A DNA stretch of 51,068 nt, the filler included, from Sphacelaria rigidula (Eukaryota), in assembly GCA_964200075.2 (NCBI GenBank). It is 3 parts of 3 records of this genome, joined end to end, with 100 filler letters (N's around TTAATTAATTAA, not from the genome) between each part and the next. Parts side by side here need not be neighbours in the genome. Positions count along the whole stretch, not along the records: positions 1 to 16,958 come from CAXNAA020001201.1; positions 17,059 to 34,015 come from CAXNAA020001202.1; 1 more part is not named here. One strand, 5' to 3'. The notes beneath the pieces were generated by a model that saw nothing but the letters and a program-made list of their open reading frames with translations, ran no database searches and had not been told where the DNA came from. The translations under genes were made by a program, and so were the position numbers. How positions within the stretch are numbered: position 1 is the stretch's first letter; each line of letters opens with the position of its first letter. Positions 13,511 to 26,734 of this stretch are shown one piece after another.

Positions 13511-15747
13511 GGCTGATGACAGAATTTGGGGGGTTTTCCGTGAACCAGCCTTCAACTACAAATGTAGAAAGCGGTTGTTGCACGATATGTATCCGCGCAA
13601 TGTAATACCTGCCGAAGTTGACACTGTGTGTTCCTAGTGCCAGCACAACGAGTACTGTAGAGCTGACTGTACGATGCGAGCCACGCTTCGACAGGGCTAG
13701 AATACCCGCGATCCGTTCGTGAAAAGAAACAAATTGCAACTCGTACTCTGTCCTATTTTGGAACCAAGTTAAAAGTCTGCACCAAGGTGATCACGCGCCT
13801 GCCAGATAAGGGTACACATCTTCACGTGAGAGCACACTACGGAAGAATATCTGATTGATTCTGAGAAGAAAACTACAGCAACTGCCCCTGTCATTTTCAG
13901 ACCATCGTGGTGACGCCCACGCTAGGTCTGGCACTGTGAGGGAGGAGACGTTGCCCCCTGCCCGAGCAGGTCCGCAGTGGTCCTTGACAGAGGACACTCG
14001 TCTCCTTGGCTGCGTTGTGCGGCCGCGTCTTGCTCAGCACGGCGTATTAAACTCAGGGGCATGTGCCTCTAACGTATGGAGAATCTTAACTAGTGGCTAT
14101 TCCCGCCTTGGTGCCAGCCTCGACCAACAGGGGGGCGATGTAAACAACAAGGATGGCACGATCTACCGCTGTCTCCACGCGGATTTCATATCGTTACCCT
14201 CTAGAACTGTCATCAGGAAGTGTTGTTTCCGGAATGACCGCAGCATCGTGCATGATCATCCGTTCAAGCCACGCAGCGCACAAAACGCCTTGGGTCGCCG
14301 AAAGTGCTGCGTCAACACCTACCTGCGGCTTCAGTCCACGGATGGGTCAAGTTTCAGTATCATCAGACGCCTGGTGTACTGTGTTGGGGCGCCTACTCTC
14401 CAAAAATACCGCCTCCATATTATTGAAAAGGAATAACACTGTCAATCAATCAGAAGGATCAAAACATGAACAGTCACAACCATGTTTGAAATCAAAATTA
14501 TTTCCTCACAACTCTTATCTCGTCAAAACGGGGCCACAAATCTACGCCGATTTGTTCAAGAAGGCGTTCTGCGCACGCTTTAGGAGGAGCACTCGGGACT
14601 GTGGGTCCAACTAAAGATCCGAACCTCGATGTTCAGTCCAAAAGCAAGTGTGTTTCAAGTTTCAACAGTGGATTTCGGGATACAACCTGGGGGTACTGTT
14701 GTATTGCAAACTCTACTGAACAGTTGCAGCGAAACAACTACTCGGCAGCTCTCGGCAGCTCTCGGACTACTTCATGTAGATAACACAGAAACGAGGCACC
14801 CAGCCACCTCACTCGTGTGGCGAAGTCTGGAATATGCTTGGTGGCTATGTTACTTCGATCATTCACGTATGAGGGGGGAGGGGTTAGAGCACAGCTAGCA
14901 AGATTTGCTGCTGCCTCGGTACCGTTTTCTGTAGTACCCTCAATGATCGTGTCGGAAGACAATAAACTAAAAATAATAGTAAATAAAAGGGCGCGACGCT
15001 CATAATCATCGTTTCAACACACACAGCACCCAGGACGGCATGTGCCAGCGACACGGTCACTTCTACACCACGCTCAGACATGAGGCAACATACATTTATA
15101 CTGAAAGTTTCAGCGTCATTACATGTCACTTGCAGCTTATTTCGACTTGAGCACCTCGTACAAAAAATAAAAACGGTCGAGTGAATAATATTGTCTGTTA
15201 TGCGCCATACTCTCCGTGTTGTATTCTATTCCACCAAGGGGAACATGAAAGACGTCATGCTCACGTTTACACCGAGAAGAGCCACCCGAGGAGGACAGTG
15301 GGGTTGTTGAAGATGCCATTTTCTGAGCACGCGCTGGTTCTAAAAAAAATGCGTTTCCATGGAGGGGGCAAGCTCCCAGACTGTCGCGGCGTTACGCTTG
15401 CCAAAGCCTACTTCATCTCCGCGCCTCACACAAGAGATACGTATCAGAGTTACTCGTAGGACCCCTCGGGCCCCGCCTAGATCAAGTCGATATTTCCATA
15501 TTTCCATATGATGGACAGCAAAAACGTGACCGTAGGACATATGGTACAGGCAGTACAAAAGACAGCACAAACTGCAGTCAAGCGGAATGTATATTTTAAA
15601 CACCTGTCTGTACTACAACAGACAACCGACAACAGTACAGCAGTACAACCGCGGAGGGGTACAGGGCTGTTTCGTGCGCAATCACGTTAACAACTCGCAA
15701 CCCTTTGAATCGTTTTTTCCCGCATCTAACCAACAAGGTTCACCTAC

Positions 15748-16048
15748 CAAACTCGAGCCAGATAAATCCAGCCCATCCACAAAGCCATCCACACACAGCG
15801 GCAGTCTTGACAGGCTCCAAACTCTTCAAGAGCTTCCATGCCTCAGGAACCAATCTCTCACCCTCCGCCTTGACTTGCAGAGCATTCGTTTTGACAGCAT
15901 CAGCGAAACTCGAAAGCTCCTCTCTGGTGGGAAGTGTGAAAGGCCGGAGCTCGTATGCTATGGCTTTGGCGATACCTAGCCATTTCTCCCTGGCTTTGCA
16001 TGCCTCCTTCAGGTGGTGCTGCGGTCGCTGAGTGTTTGTGTCAGCCAT
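15748..16048 (-). CDS. SAYSD1: SAYSvFN-domain protein, exon 1 (MADTNTQRP..WLCGWAGFIWLEFG)
   Basis: 301-nt open frame ending in the family-typical hydrophobic W..LEFG segment with phase-1 donor g|gtaggt; joins exon 2 in frame. The true start could lie further upstream. Confidence 0.8.
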
Positions 16049-16958
16049 GGGTGTATTGTATGCCGTACGGTGAGCGGATGTTTGAAAAGGTGCGTTTCCC
16101 TGGACTGTTCACGTAGGCGTTGGAGTATGACCAAAAGGACATATGCCATTTTCCTCGTCGATTGTGCATGATGTTATTGATAGACTTGGCGATGGTGGAA
16201 CATTCGAACGCGAACGTTCTGCAGGAGCTACGCTTACGTGAACCGGTCGCATGAAAAAAGTACTCCCCTCCAGTCCAACAGGCAAACGAGAGGTTCATTC
16301 CATTAGGATCATTTGATGTCAGCGTATATTTTGTTTGTATGTACGATGTATGCCAGTTGATCCAGCCATTTTTTACGTGCCTGTGTATAACAGTATGGAT
16401 CATTTCGGACGACTCAAGGTATACTCAGCGGTGTCCTCGAAAACGTCACAAGAGGGGCCGCCCTCGAAAGGCACTGTGCTCGCGCCAGCGTGACGAAGAG
16501 GGCTACACCAAGATGACGGCGGAAATATGCACGAGGATTATGTGCACTGCAGGGAAAGTCAACCAACGAGCTTTGTTCATGCTCGTCCGTGACTATGCAA
16601 AAAAACGTGCTGATGACCTCACTCATTGAATGCACGGAGCTCGCGATGCGGAAAATACCGCGTGGATACTGAAGATGCACGACGAGTCGACAGACAAGCA
16701 ATCACTATGCTGTGCGTACCCCCTTTTAGGATTAGAGGGCCACGTACTAGATACAAGAGTTATGAACGAACCATGCAGAGTTCAATTTCAGTCTCGTGGG
16801 GCAGGGGCTGATGAAGAAGTCGAGGGTAGAGTTTGTGCGGGAAAATTGCATGTGGACCAGGGGCGTCGAGAAAACAAATCCTAGACCCCCCCCCCCCCCC
16901 CCCCCCCCCCCACCGCCATCCTATTCTTTTTCTCTCCACCCCATAAACAATACACACA

Positions 16959-17058
16959 NNNNNNNNNNNNNNNNNNNNNNNNNNNNNNNNNNNNNNNNNN
17001 NNTTAATTAATTAANNNNNNNNNNNNNNNNNNNNNNNNNNNNNNNNNNNNNNNNNNNN
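16959..17058. other. Scaffold gap with TTAATTAATTAA linker
   Basis: 100-nt block of Ns with a central 12-mer; assembly artefact. Confidence 0.97.
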
Positions 17059-17995
17059 CGATCGGTGGCCCAGATAAGGTACGATTGAAGAAGAATTTCT
17101 AGATCAGGTATACCTCCGCGAAATGTGGCCTACAAAAGGTAAGCCATTTCTGGAGGCGAAATGTCCGTTTTCGCTTGATTATATCTCTCGAGTGACATCT
17201 TCTTCATCCGTTTTTTTACGAGTCCCGGGTGCCAATGCCCCCCCCGAATGATGTGCGTGAAAACTCCGGAGCGAAAACGGCCAAAATGGCGTCTTTGGCT
17301 GTTTTTGCGTTTCTGGCCATTTTTCGTACTTTTCTTGAGAAACAATCGAGAAGGTATACCTTTTCTGGACCATTGCCCGAAGCCTTTTGTGCACCCCTAC
17401 CGTAGCATCACTCTAAAGCCATAGAGAGGAAACTGATCGTATGCAACAGAGCAGTATAATGGTGGATGAGGAAGTAAAATAGGCTATTATTAGAGTAGGG
17501 AGAGAAGCCCACGGGAGATGAATATCGAGTAAAACTGTGGCAGGATGGGAGGAGTATACTAAAGCTCGAAAGGAAGTTAAATATATGGCACAGGAGAAAA
17601 GAAAAGGAGTACTGGAAGATGTAGTGAAAAAACAAATGGAGGTTTTGATAGCGGGATGAAACAAGTGTGGGTAGGGATAGAAAGGGTGACGACAAGCCAG
17701 GCAAGAACGATGGACAATGGGATAGCTGCACTCCGGGCACAGAACGATAAGTACTTCGAAGGGGAAGATGGAAGTGCTAGTCGAGCACAACCGTAAACTA
17801 GGAACACCAAAAACGCCCACGGAGTTCGACATAGAACTCGAAAAAGAAATCATCGCGTGGGCAGAGGCAAATGTAGAGACGTCACAACGGGAGAATAGAG
17901 GCTCGAAAAAATTGCAGAGAGTGTTTACCAGAGATGAGGTGAGGGAGCGCGTAGCTAAACTCAAGAACAAAAAGGCAGCAGGGGCAGACGAAATA

Positions 17996-18293
17996 AACAA
18001 TGATTTCGTGAGATTGAGAGTAGAAGATACGATTGACAGTGAAAAGCGGTCAATTAGTGGATGAATCGTTTCAGTTCCGAATTGTCCCTCCAAGAGGCCC
18101 CATATGTTTCTGTAGTAGCTTGCCGCTGAGGCCCTTGATATCCCTGAGTAGGATATCGACGTGTAGATGTAAGCACAAGCCAGAGATGGAGGCAAAGAAA
18201 AGCACGCACGGAATGAAAAGGTGGCTGGTTAAACTGAATGACCAAAGCGACTCTCAATCAGCTCTCTACTCTCAATTTCACGAAAACGGTGTT
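17996..18293. mobile_element. ~300-bp AACA..TGTT MITE inserted in the LINE
   Basis: TIR aacaatgatttcgtgagattgagagtaga; 4-bp flanks aata/aaca; removal restores ADEI-VDGFPKYGGEGM. Confidence 0.85.
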
Positions 18294-18527
18294 AACAGTG
18301 GATGGATTTCCAAAGTACGGGGGAGAGGGAATGCTTACCATGATAGATATGCTGTATTACTGGGTCTCGGAAAACGAGTACACACCCAAGGGGTTGAGAG
18401 GAGGAGTAGTCACTAACGTTTTCAAAAAAAGAGACAGGGCTGACCCAGGAAATTATAGAGAATAACGCTACTGAGCACGGTAGGGAACACATATTGTAAG
18501 ATTCTGAACGGTAGAGCAGGAAGGAGG

Positions 18528-18827
18528 AACAACGTTTTTGTGATATTGAGAGCAGAACGCTGATTGAGAGTGGCTTTGGTCATTCGCTTTAACTTGGCCA
18601 TTTTTTTATTCCGTGTGTGCTCTTCTTTGCCTTTATCACTAGCGTGTGCTTACAGCTACACGCCGATATCCCACTCAGGGATATTAAGGGCCTCAGTGGC
18701 AAGCTACTGCAGAAAGAATATCGGGCCTTGTGGAGGGGTATTTCGGAATTGAAATGATTCATTCACTCATTGACCGCTTGTCACTCTCAATCGTATCCTC
18801 TACTCTTAATCTCACGAGAACATTGTT
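18528..18827. mobile_element. Second copy of the ~300-bp MITE, opposite orientation
   Basis: Reverse-complement homolog of 17996-18293; termini aaca..tgtt; flanks gagg/gatg. Confidence 0.85.
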
Positions 18828-20515
18828 GATGCTTGAAAAGGAAGAGAAAATCAGCGAGGGGAACGCAGAATTTAGACTAAACCGTAGTCGCGTAGACCAT
18901 GTGTACACACTAGTTAAGAGTATTCGGTGTAGGAAAGGCACGGGGCTGACAACAACGTACTGTTTTTTCCTGGACGTGCAAAAGGCTTATGGTACAGTAT
19001 GGAGAAATGGGCCGCGAAAAAAGTTGTGGGAAGCTGGGATCAAAGGAAAGATGTGGATAATGGTAAAAAAGATAACAGAGTGCCGAAAGTGTTAGGAAGC
19101 TAGACGGGGAAATATCGAAATGTTCTGATATTTTACAAGAAGTTGCACAAGGATGTACGTTATTACCCACTTTGTTCAAGGTGTTCATTAATCACTTGAA
19201 AATAAAGATGGTGTCAGCAAAGCAAGGAATCAAGGTGGAGGAACATGTGGTATCAGGGTTGATGTTCGCGGATGATTTTGTGGGGATATCAGGAATACCA
19301 CAAGGGTTATAGAAACAGATAGAGAAAACACCAGAATGCACTAGGAAATGGAGAGTGACAGCGAAGGTTAATAAGTACGCGTACTCGTCTGTAACGAAGG
19401 TAAGAAAAATCCGGTAAGGTTCAAATGGAAGTGGGGAGAACAGGAACTGCTGATCGTAGACCAGTATACAAACCTTAACGTCGAGATCTGTGACGAAATT
19501 ACGCCGTTACGTTGAGTCGGTCGTGATGACCTGGATAGTGACCCTTGGTAGCGATGATATGGATAATGACCGGGGACACTAGGTTAATACCCTGTCGTGT
19601 CTAGAAGGATGCCTTGGAATGGCACTGCATGATAATGAGAATGATGTAAAGGCTAACAACTGAAATTGAGGCCAGTAAGACTGGGGAGTCCCTCAATAGC
19701 AGTGATCCACCAGTCCTTTTTCTGGCTGGCGTCATAATATCGATATTAGTGCTAGTGTAAGTGCTAAAAACCTGCTGGGAAGGGTTTCGGCGGAGGAGTT
19801 CGGCAGCTGTGGGAAACCTGAAAATCTACGGACGCGTGGAGAGGGTTCCAGCTGAAACAGCTGCAGAATGGCGGCTGGCCTGTGATTGATTCAGACTGGA
19901 GACTTGCTGAAGCTGCGTACAGCGGGAGTTTGGAGGCTCCTACAGCTGTGTGGTGTGGCGACAAAGCAAGTAAGTGTGTAATTCGTGAAGGTCCGCCGGC
20001 TTGCTAAAGGTTCGTCGGTGGTCGGTTGCAGCTATGGCGACCGGCTCGCGTGGGGCGTCCAGCGTGACACCCGTGGTCATGCGGGAAGAGTTGCGACCTC
20101 CCCAATACGGGGATAGGTACTCAGAGAGTGCATTTTGCACTTTTTATACAGAATACTCTAAGTACAAGAAGCGTGTGAAGCACGCTAACGCAAGGGGTGC
20201 TGTGCGGCATCAGGTGGTGCCAATGGCTCAACAAGTGCCGACTCACGTGCAGAGAGTGTTTGCTCCTTTGGAGCACAGTCACCCCGCCGCAATTGGTTGC
20301 AGCGATCAAAAGGCATGCTGGGCATGTGGCGGGCACTTGCCACTGTTGTGGCCAGGTCGGCCATTACGCGCGCGATTGCCCAATGTCTTCCGGTGGAGAA
20401 TCTTGGCAGTCTCATGCCGCGCGCCGTCAGCATCGTCAGCACAAGGGCAAAAGAGGAGGTAATCGGGGTGTCGACGGCGGATACTCCAGCGGTGAAGGGT
20501 CGCAGTCGAGTTCTC

Positions 20516-20517
<2 letters not shown>

Positions 20518-20550
<33 letters not shown>
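20518..20550 (+). repeat. (CAG)11 tract within gag
   Basis: Direct reading. Confidence 0.95.
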
Positions 20551-20551
<1 letters not shown>

Positions 20552-22125
20552 GGTAGAGGCGTCAGCACGGGTCTGGTTCTGGGTCCGGCGCCGCTGTAGG
20601 TGCTGCTGCTCCGCAACGGGCGGTGTAGGTGGGACCGACTTCTACAGTGTCAAATACTGCGCCGGCGCCGGTGGTGGTGCCGGTGGCGACGCCGGTGACA
20701 GCGCCAGGCGTGACGCCTGCTGATGCGCTGATCGGAGGTTTGCCAAATTATTGGTCTGCCGGCTGAGGGTAATACCCACCGGCGGTGCCGTTTGAACCTG
20801 CCGGGGCGTCTTCGCCTGCGCAGCTGGCGCAGCCGTGGCGTCAAGTGGGATTGGCGGCGCATCGGTCAGCAAACAAAGTGCCAATGGAGTCTGCGCACAA
20901 ATAAGTTCCTGCGGAGCTGTGTCTTCCCGATCAACGAGAGCGTGGAGCCATTGCGGTTTGGGCTAAGTGGGATTCTAGTGCCCACTTGACGGGTCATGTG
21001 GGTCTGTCGGTACAGGTTGTAGAGGTGTTGTAGCGTCTTCTCCCAGGTGTGCCGCTGCATGAGCCGTTTTCGCTCGGGGCGCGGCAGGCCGTCACCGCGT
21101 CGGGTCAGCATGTTTACGCCACAGAGAGTACTGTTCCGCTACAGCTGACTTTCACTACTTCCTGGGGGCCGATGCAGTTGCCTCCGATCTCGTTTGCGAT
21201 CATACCAGGATCGGAAGTCGTTGTTCTTCTGGAGTTGCCGACGCTTCACGATCTTGGAGTCGACGCTCGGCGTTTGTGGGACTCCATGGAGACGCGGGTG
21301 TATCCGCTTGGTCCACGCTTGGAGACGGCCTCTTTTTGGGGCAGTCGTCGCGCGAACTTGTCGGTGGATGCTTTTCAGGAGGATGGAGGGCAGGTGACCG
21401 AGGAGCGGGACGCTGCGGTGGAACGCTCGGTAGAGCGCGGCCCAGAGATGTTGATGGTTCCGGCGAAAGAGGAGTCCGCTCGGAACGTCGGCTGGAGGAG
21501 AGCGTGACGAATGCTGGGGAGACAGGCCTTAGCATCTGAAACGTGGAGCACTTGAGCGGCATATTGCCTCGCCGCGTCAACGCGTTCCGTCGTGCGCTGC
21601 GGGGTGATCCCCCTGCGCGCGTGGAGCCCATGCGTGTTCAGCTAAAACCTGTGGCGTCCGCGGCGAAGACGAAGCCGCGGCGGTATGATCCGGTGAATTC
21701 GAGTTGGTTGGCGTTGTGCCTGGCGGCTCTTTTGACGCTCGGGTTCGTGTTACGGAATATGCAGGCGGGGTGGCCCAGTCTAGATATGGCGTTCCCGAAG
21801 AAGGCTGCATCGTGGACGGAGGGAAGGCTGCAGGCGTGGGCGGCAGAGAAGGATTTGGTGGCTTATGCCGTGACGCTGTTCCATCCTCGTCCTGATTGTC
21901 AGGTGTTTATATTTCTGGATGCATCTGAGTGCCATTGGGGTAGTTTAGCCATGCACGTGCACCCTGGAGAATTGCAATGCTTGTGCGCGCTGTGGCTGTG
22001 TATGGTCCGTGTGAACCTGATGACTCGATGCCGACCAAATCTGTTGTCCGCCAAGCGCAACGAAAAGGCCTTGGGGCCGAAGATGCGGATGTGTAATCTT
22101 TCGAGTCGGACGTTGGTACTGCTAT

Positions 22126-22373
22126 GACACTTTCTACGATAGCCCCCCCCCAAACCAGCCCAAACGTGTCACAAAAAAATGGCCATTCAGCGCCTGATGC
22201 TGAGGTTCAGTCCGCATAAAGCGCCCCATATCGGCGACATGGGCTGAAACGAACCCAAGCGTGGGAATTCCCAGCTGCTCGTTCTGCTCGGCTTTTCCCA
22301 TTTCGATTCATGTGAAGATTTTGCCTTCCAAAACCACGCACTTTTGGGGGGGGGGGGCATCGTAGAAAGTATC
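22126..22373. mobile_element. MITE inserted in gypsy pol
   Basis: TIR gacactttctacgatagcccccc/ggggggcatcgtagaaagtatc; TSD ctat (or TA); removal restores GTAMLDNEGMF. Confidence 0.85.
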
Positions 22374-23014
22374 CTATGTTGGACAATGAAGGTATGTTTT
22401 GTGTGCATGTGCGTACCCGAAACATCTCGTGGATTTCGAGTTCTGACAAGCAGATGCAGGTACGTCTAATGATTTGCGCGCACATGCGCGACGCCGGGCA
22501 TCGTCGTGTGGCTGTGACGCTCGTGCGCTTCCAAGAGTTTTGTGTTTGGCAGGGGATAGAAACTCATGTGCGCGAATTCGTCCGCCAGTGTCTTCACTGT
22601 GCTGACTCGAGGGCGGGAGATGTTGTTTCCCGCCCGCTCGGCGAAACGGTCCATGGGACCACGCCGAATGAAGTCCTTCATTTTGACTTCTTGTACGTGG
22701 GCGAGAGTGGCCCGCTAGCTTCTTAAGGTTTGTCGAAGGATCCTGGGTTTCGATACATTTTGGTAATCATGGATGACTTGAGCAACTTCTTGTCTCTGGA
22801 ACTAGTAGCAATGTGTACTGCTGAGTTGACTGCTACATCTTTGCTGAATTGGTGCAAAACATTGGGGGTGCCGCGTGTGTGGGTGAGTGATACCGCCACG
22901 CATTTCAAGAATGAGATCTTGGCCCGATTGCGAGAGGCTTTGCGCGTCGATCACCAGTTTGCAGTAGTGTATTCTCCGTGGTCTAATGGCACGTGCGAAC
23001 GCATGGCCAAGTAA

Positions 23015-23272
23015 GAGTGATGCTGCGATAGGGTCAGCACTTTTACGCCCTGAGAGTAGAATTGTTAGAAGCCCTTTATCTCATCCAAAACACGACTTTC
23101 GAAATAGGTGAGAGTACGCCAGGTTTTTTCTTCCAATTTGCTGAGGATATCCCGAATGAATTTGCAAACTGGGATATCCTGACCCATATTCTTGTGTAGT
23201 ACTTAATTTTAGGAACCCCTGAATCCGACCGGTTTTGGCCCCAAAAGTGCAGACCCTATCGCAGCATCACTC
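23015..23272. mobile_element. Sola-like MITE (GAG..CTC, 4-bp TSD) inserted in the gypsy integrase
   Basis: Perfect 21-bp TIR gagtgatgctgcgatagggtc; perfect TSD gtaa; removal restores CERMAK*VVRALRSIL. Confidence 0.85.
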
Positions 23273-23917
23273 GTAAGTAGTTCGTGCTCTTCGCTCTATT
23301 CTTCTCGAGCAGCATAGAGCGGTTTCCGAGTGGGTGGACATGTTGCCGGCGGTGCAATGGGCGCTAAATACAGTGTATCGTCGTCGTTACGATAGTACGC
23401 CGTACCACGTAATGTTTGATCGTGCTTCTCGGGCGTCTTTCTCGGTGCTGGCGTCTTCGTCGGCGGGGGAATAGAAGTGTTGTGTTCTGGACGATGTTCA
23501 AATCAAGAGTGCATTGCAAGGCGTCTTGGACTTGCAAGAACGTTTTCACGCTCAAGTGTAGGAACGTGTTGCCGCTGAACGTGCGCGTAGACGTGAGGGG
23601 TCCTCGTCGGGGCTGGAATTGCCGAATTTTGAGGTGGGCGACTATGTGTTGTATGCACGCGTGCGTCGTCCGGGTGTTGCGCTCAAGTTGATGGCAACGT
23701 GGACTGTTCCATGGAAAGTAGTTGGTGCTTACTACACGCACGTGTTTGAGGTTCAGAGCATTGTTTCGGGTCGTGTTCAGACCGCCCATGTAGCTCGTTT
23801 GCGTCTTTAAGCAGACTCGCAGCTGCATGTTACCGCTGGCGTTGAGGACGTGTTCCAGTATGCTTTCAATCAGGGGCGATTTCAGATGGCTGTGTCTTTC
23901 CGAGTGGTAGAAGCAGA

Positions 23918-24130
23918 CTGTAATGCGTGAGAGGACCGCGGGCTTAGAGGACCGCATCGGAATTTGAACATCCCTATGGTTGGGGTTAGGGTTAGGGTTA
24001 GTGTTGGGGTTATCGTCAGGGGCGTGGTACCTCCAGGGACTGACTCGATTGGTTTTGAAAAACGTCGATCCAGAGGTGTTTTGAACGACGGCGCGGTCCT
24101 CTAAGCACGCGGTACTCTCACGCATTACAG
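23918..24130. mobile_element. MITE carrying internal TTAGGG repeats
   Basis: TIR ctgtaatgcgtgagag/ctctcacgcattacag; ggggttagggttagggttag inside; homologs at 26735-26947 and 44670-44864. Confidence 0.85.
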
Positions 24131-26734
24131 TACCGATCCAAAGCACTAAAGTGTGTGTCGTATTGCTCGTTTGTCGTCAACACCTCGAAGCAACCCGCAC
24201 CAACAAGACATCAACAGGCTGAAATCGTAGGATGATTGAAGTCGCTTCGCACACTTCCCGGAAATGCGCAATATCGACGTGCAACCGCAGGAGTGGTGAA
24301 TATTACGCCGATAGCTGCCTGTTCGACCAGACTTGGATTTGTGCATTATATCGAACGCTACTCTCTCATAAACAGCACCAGCCCGGTTAAGATCTGACCG
24401 TGCGTTCGGTCGCTCCCCAACGTAGCTCTCACTTCTCCTATGTTCCCTCGGTGGACCGACATATCCAAAAGTGAACCGTGTATCGCGGAGATATTCCCGG
24501 GGTCTTGACCTTCATGAGATCAAGGCGATTAACCCCTGTATACACACAAGGTTGATATTCCGGTGCGCCCTGGCCGGGACAGACGGTAGCCACCACAGCG
24601 CCGCGTATGCTGGTGTTGTTGCGGCTCTTCATCGGGATAATGGCCTCCATGTATAGAAGCATGAGGAACCTTGGTGTACCCTGCTATATGTTTCAACTAT
24701 AGTACAACTTTCCTGTTGTCTTCCGCGCTGGGTTAGACATCAAATGCACGCAAAAAGCGAGAAACCACCGCAGTTAAGGGACCAATACCCCTTCCTACGT
24801 GCACATAGGTACCAGCACATCCGGCTTCTTCATATTTCAGGGAGAGTACTGGAACTACCACACACACTTACGCTGCCGGCGCAGAATATTGCATTGTCAT
24901 AAAATGTACAGCCCACAGGACGAGGTTCATCAGGTGACGGCCTGACGGCGACATGAAGACCTCCCAGAGCGTAGTCTTCGGCATTGCGCTGGCTGTTGGC
25001 TAACCGCATACCTTACCACGGGCTCGGCGGGGTGCCGCAGAAGCCGAGCAATATCATAGGTGTCCGGAGCCAAATAACACGCGAAACGGGCTGCCGTCCG
25101 CACACTTGTTCGACACATGACACTTTCACCTCTCCTCCAATGCATTTCGTAGGGATCGACCACAAACATTTCCACTCATGTACGTTCGGCCCGGATGTTG
25201 AGCAGAAAGGGCGTTCGCTGTAAGAGTGCAAATAAAGAGAACCAGTGCAATCCGTCGGAGGCGTATGACTGTCCAGCTGCCAATGGTAGGTCTTCCTGAA
25301 CGGCGATCAAGACAGATTTTCAAGAGATACGATGCACTGCATTCACTGCTGCAGTGACGCAAATCATTACCTCCTTCAGCGACCGTGGCACGAATGGGGC
25401 ACATTGCGGACTAGTGTACCAAACCACGTGCAGACAGTGCTCTGGCGCTACTGTTGCGGATACGAAGATATATCGTCTTCCTCGCCAGCACAAACTGGGG
25501 GTACATTGCTAGTGATGAACCCCAGAAGCAGCAGTATACTGTGGTAGCGCATATTGCGTGCAATGCTCGAGAGTGCGCTGTGAGGGTAGCTTGGTGGAGA
25601 TCAAGCGGATATCGTTGCATCATAGTTTGGTGGTACTCCAAAGGCTTTAACACAATTGCTCGAAAGAGATGTCCTTTTTCGCCAGCACCTGCCCGGCTTG
25701 GTAGTTCAAAGGCCAAGTTGGGGATCAGGCTCTCATCACCGTTCACGCCAAGGAAACTCGAAACGCCCAGTGCCAGAGACTGACTTTAGGAATACCTCCA
25801 ACATGGGTATCGTACACTCAGCGAAACAGTCTCAACCACTGGGCGATTCAACCCTCCAGTAGTTTCCTGAGTCCCTCAATTTTGCAGTGGCCGCCGGGTA
25901 TGCCAAGTATTCGCGAAGTGAATAATGGCAAGTAGGGAGACAATTCTGACATCGATGTAAATGATACGCCTGAATAACAATGACGCGTTCCTGCAGTACA
26001 GAATAAAGTCTGTAGTATTGTCGATGATCAGAAGGCACTAAGATGTCCAGCAATTTCTCGACTTTTGATACATCAAACTGACTTGGCTTTTTACTCGTTC
26101 TCGACCGCGGGCACGGGGGGGGTAGCGGTGGTGCATGCATTCCCCGATATGGGGCCCATCGGCGGTACAGGTCCTCTGTCGGGCGTGCAGAATAAATAAT
26201 TCACACAACAAGAACGAACCGTTGTACTCAATCCGTATACGTACAGATCGTGGTTAAACAAGCGGCGTATTCTCGACTACCGTCGTGCCCTGGCATGGGG
26301 CTTTAGTACACAGCCCGCATCCAACACTGACTGTACAGTGTCGTCGTGACTTCAAAACATCAAGGGAGGGCTGATCGACGAAATTCAAACTCCAAACAGG
26401 TACACGAAAGGCATGAAACCTTTTCTGAGTATAAAATACAGCAGATTGTGAACCACAAGTGTATCACGAGGCGCAGAGAGCTCGTATTCGCCAGCAACAG
26501 CCATGTGGGGGGAAATGACCGAACTTGTTAAGTTTCTTCTTGGAGCTGTCTTGACACATATTTGGGGCTGCGAGAAGATGCGGCGAGACAAACAAAAAAA
26601 AACACCAGGATGGACCCACGTTATTTTGTGTGCCTGGATGGCTTCAACATTCTGCCATGATCCTCTTCACCCGAAGGGAAGTGTGATTATGGAACATTTC
26701 AGTTTTTTCGGTTAGAAAAAGCAGCGGGATCGCA

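Larger units (their letters stand above)
17410..19488 (+). mobile_element. Degenerate LINE (non-LTR retrotransposon) reverse-transcriptase ORF
   Basis: KLKNKKAAGADEI.., VFKKRDRADPGNYR.ITLLS, YCFFLDVQKAYGTVWRNG, LMFADDFVG; many stops and frameshifts; two MITE insertions. Confidence 0.9.
19489..23917 (+). mobile_element. Degenerate Ty3/gypsy LTR retrotransposon (putative 5' LTR, gag, partial pol, integrase)
   Basis: Starts tgtgacg where LINE homology ends; gag CCHC knuckle CHCCGQVGHYARDC; GDPPARVEPMRVQLKP; RNase H DASECHWG; integrase HHCC (H..GH..CLHC), LHFDF, YSPWSNGTCER; multiple stops. Confidence 0.88.

Noticed and set aside
16959-17058. Palindromic TTAATTAATTAA inside Ns (also at 34016-34115)
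   Set aside because: Identical artificial linker in fixed 100-nt gaps; not biological. Contiguity across the gaps is not guaranteed
17413-18195. 260-aa minus-strand ORF
   Set aside because: Antisense shadow of the purine-rich LINE and a MITE
19489-19960. Exact LTR end and primer-binding site of the gypsy element
   Set aside because: No second LTR in the window to define boundaries; cgtcata (19730) and tggtgtggcg (19950) are only suggestive
23364-24146. 260-aa minus-strand ORF with NPNPNP
   Set aside because: Antisense to the gypsy integrase plus a MITE; the NP run is translated CCCTAA repeat
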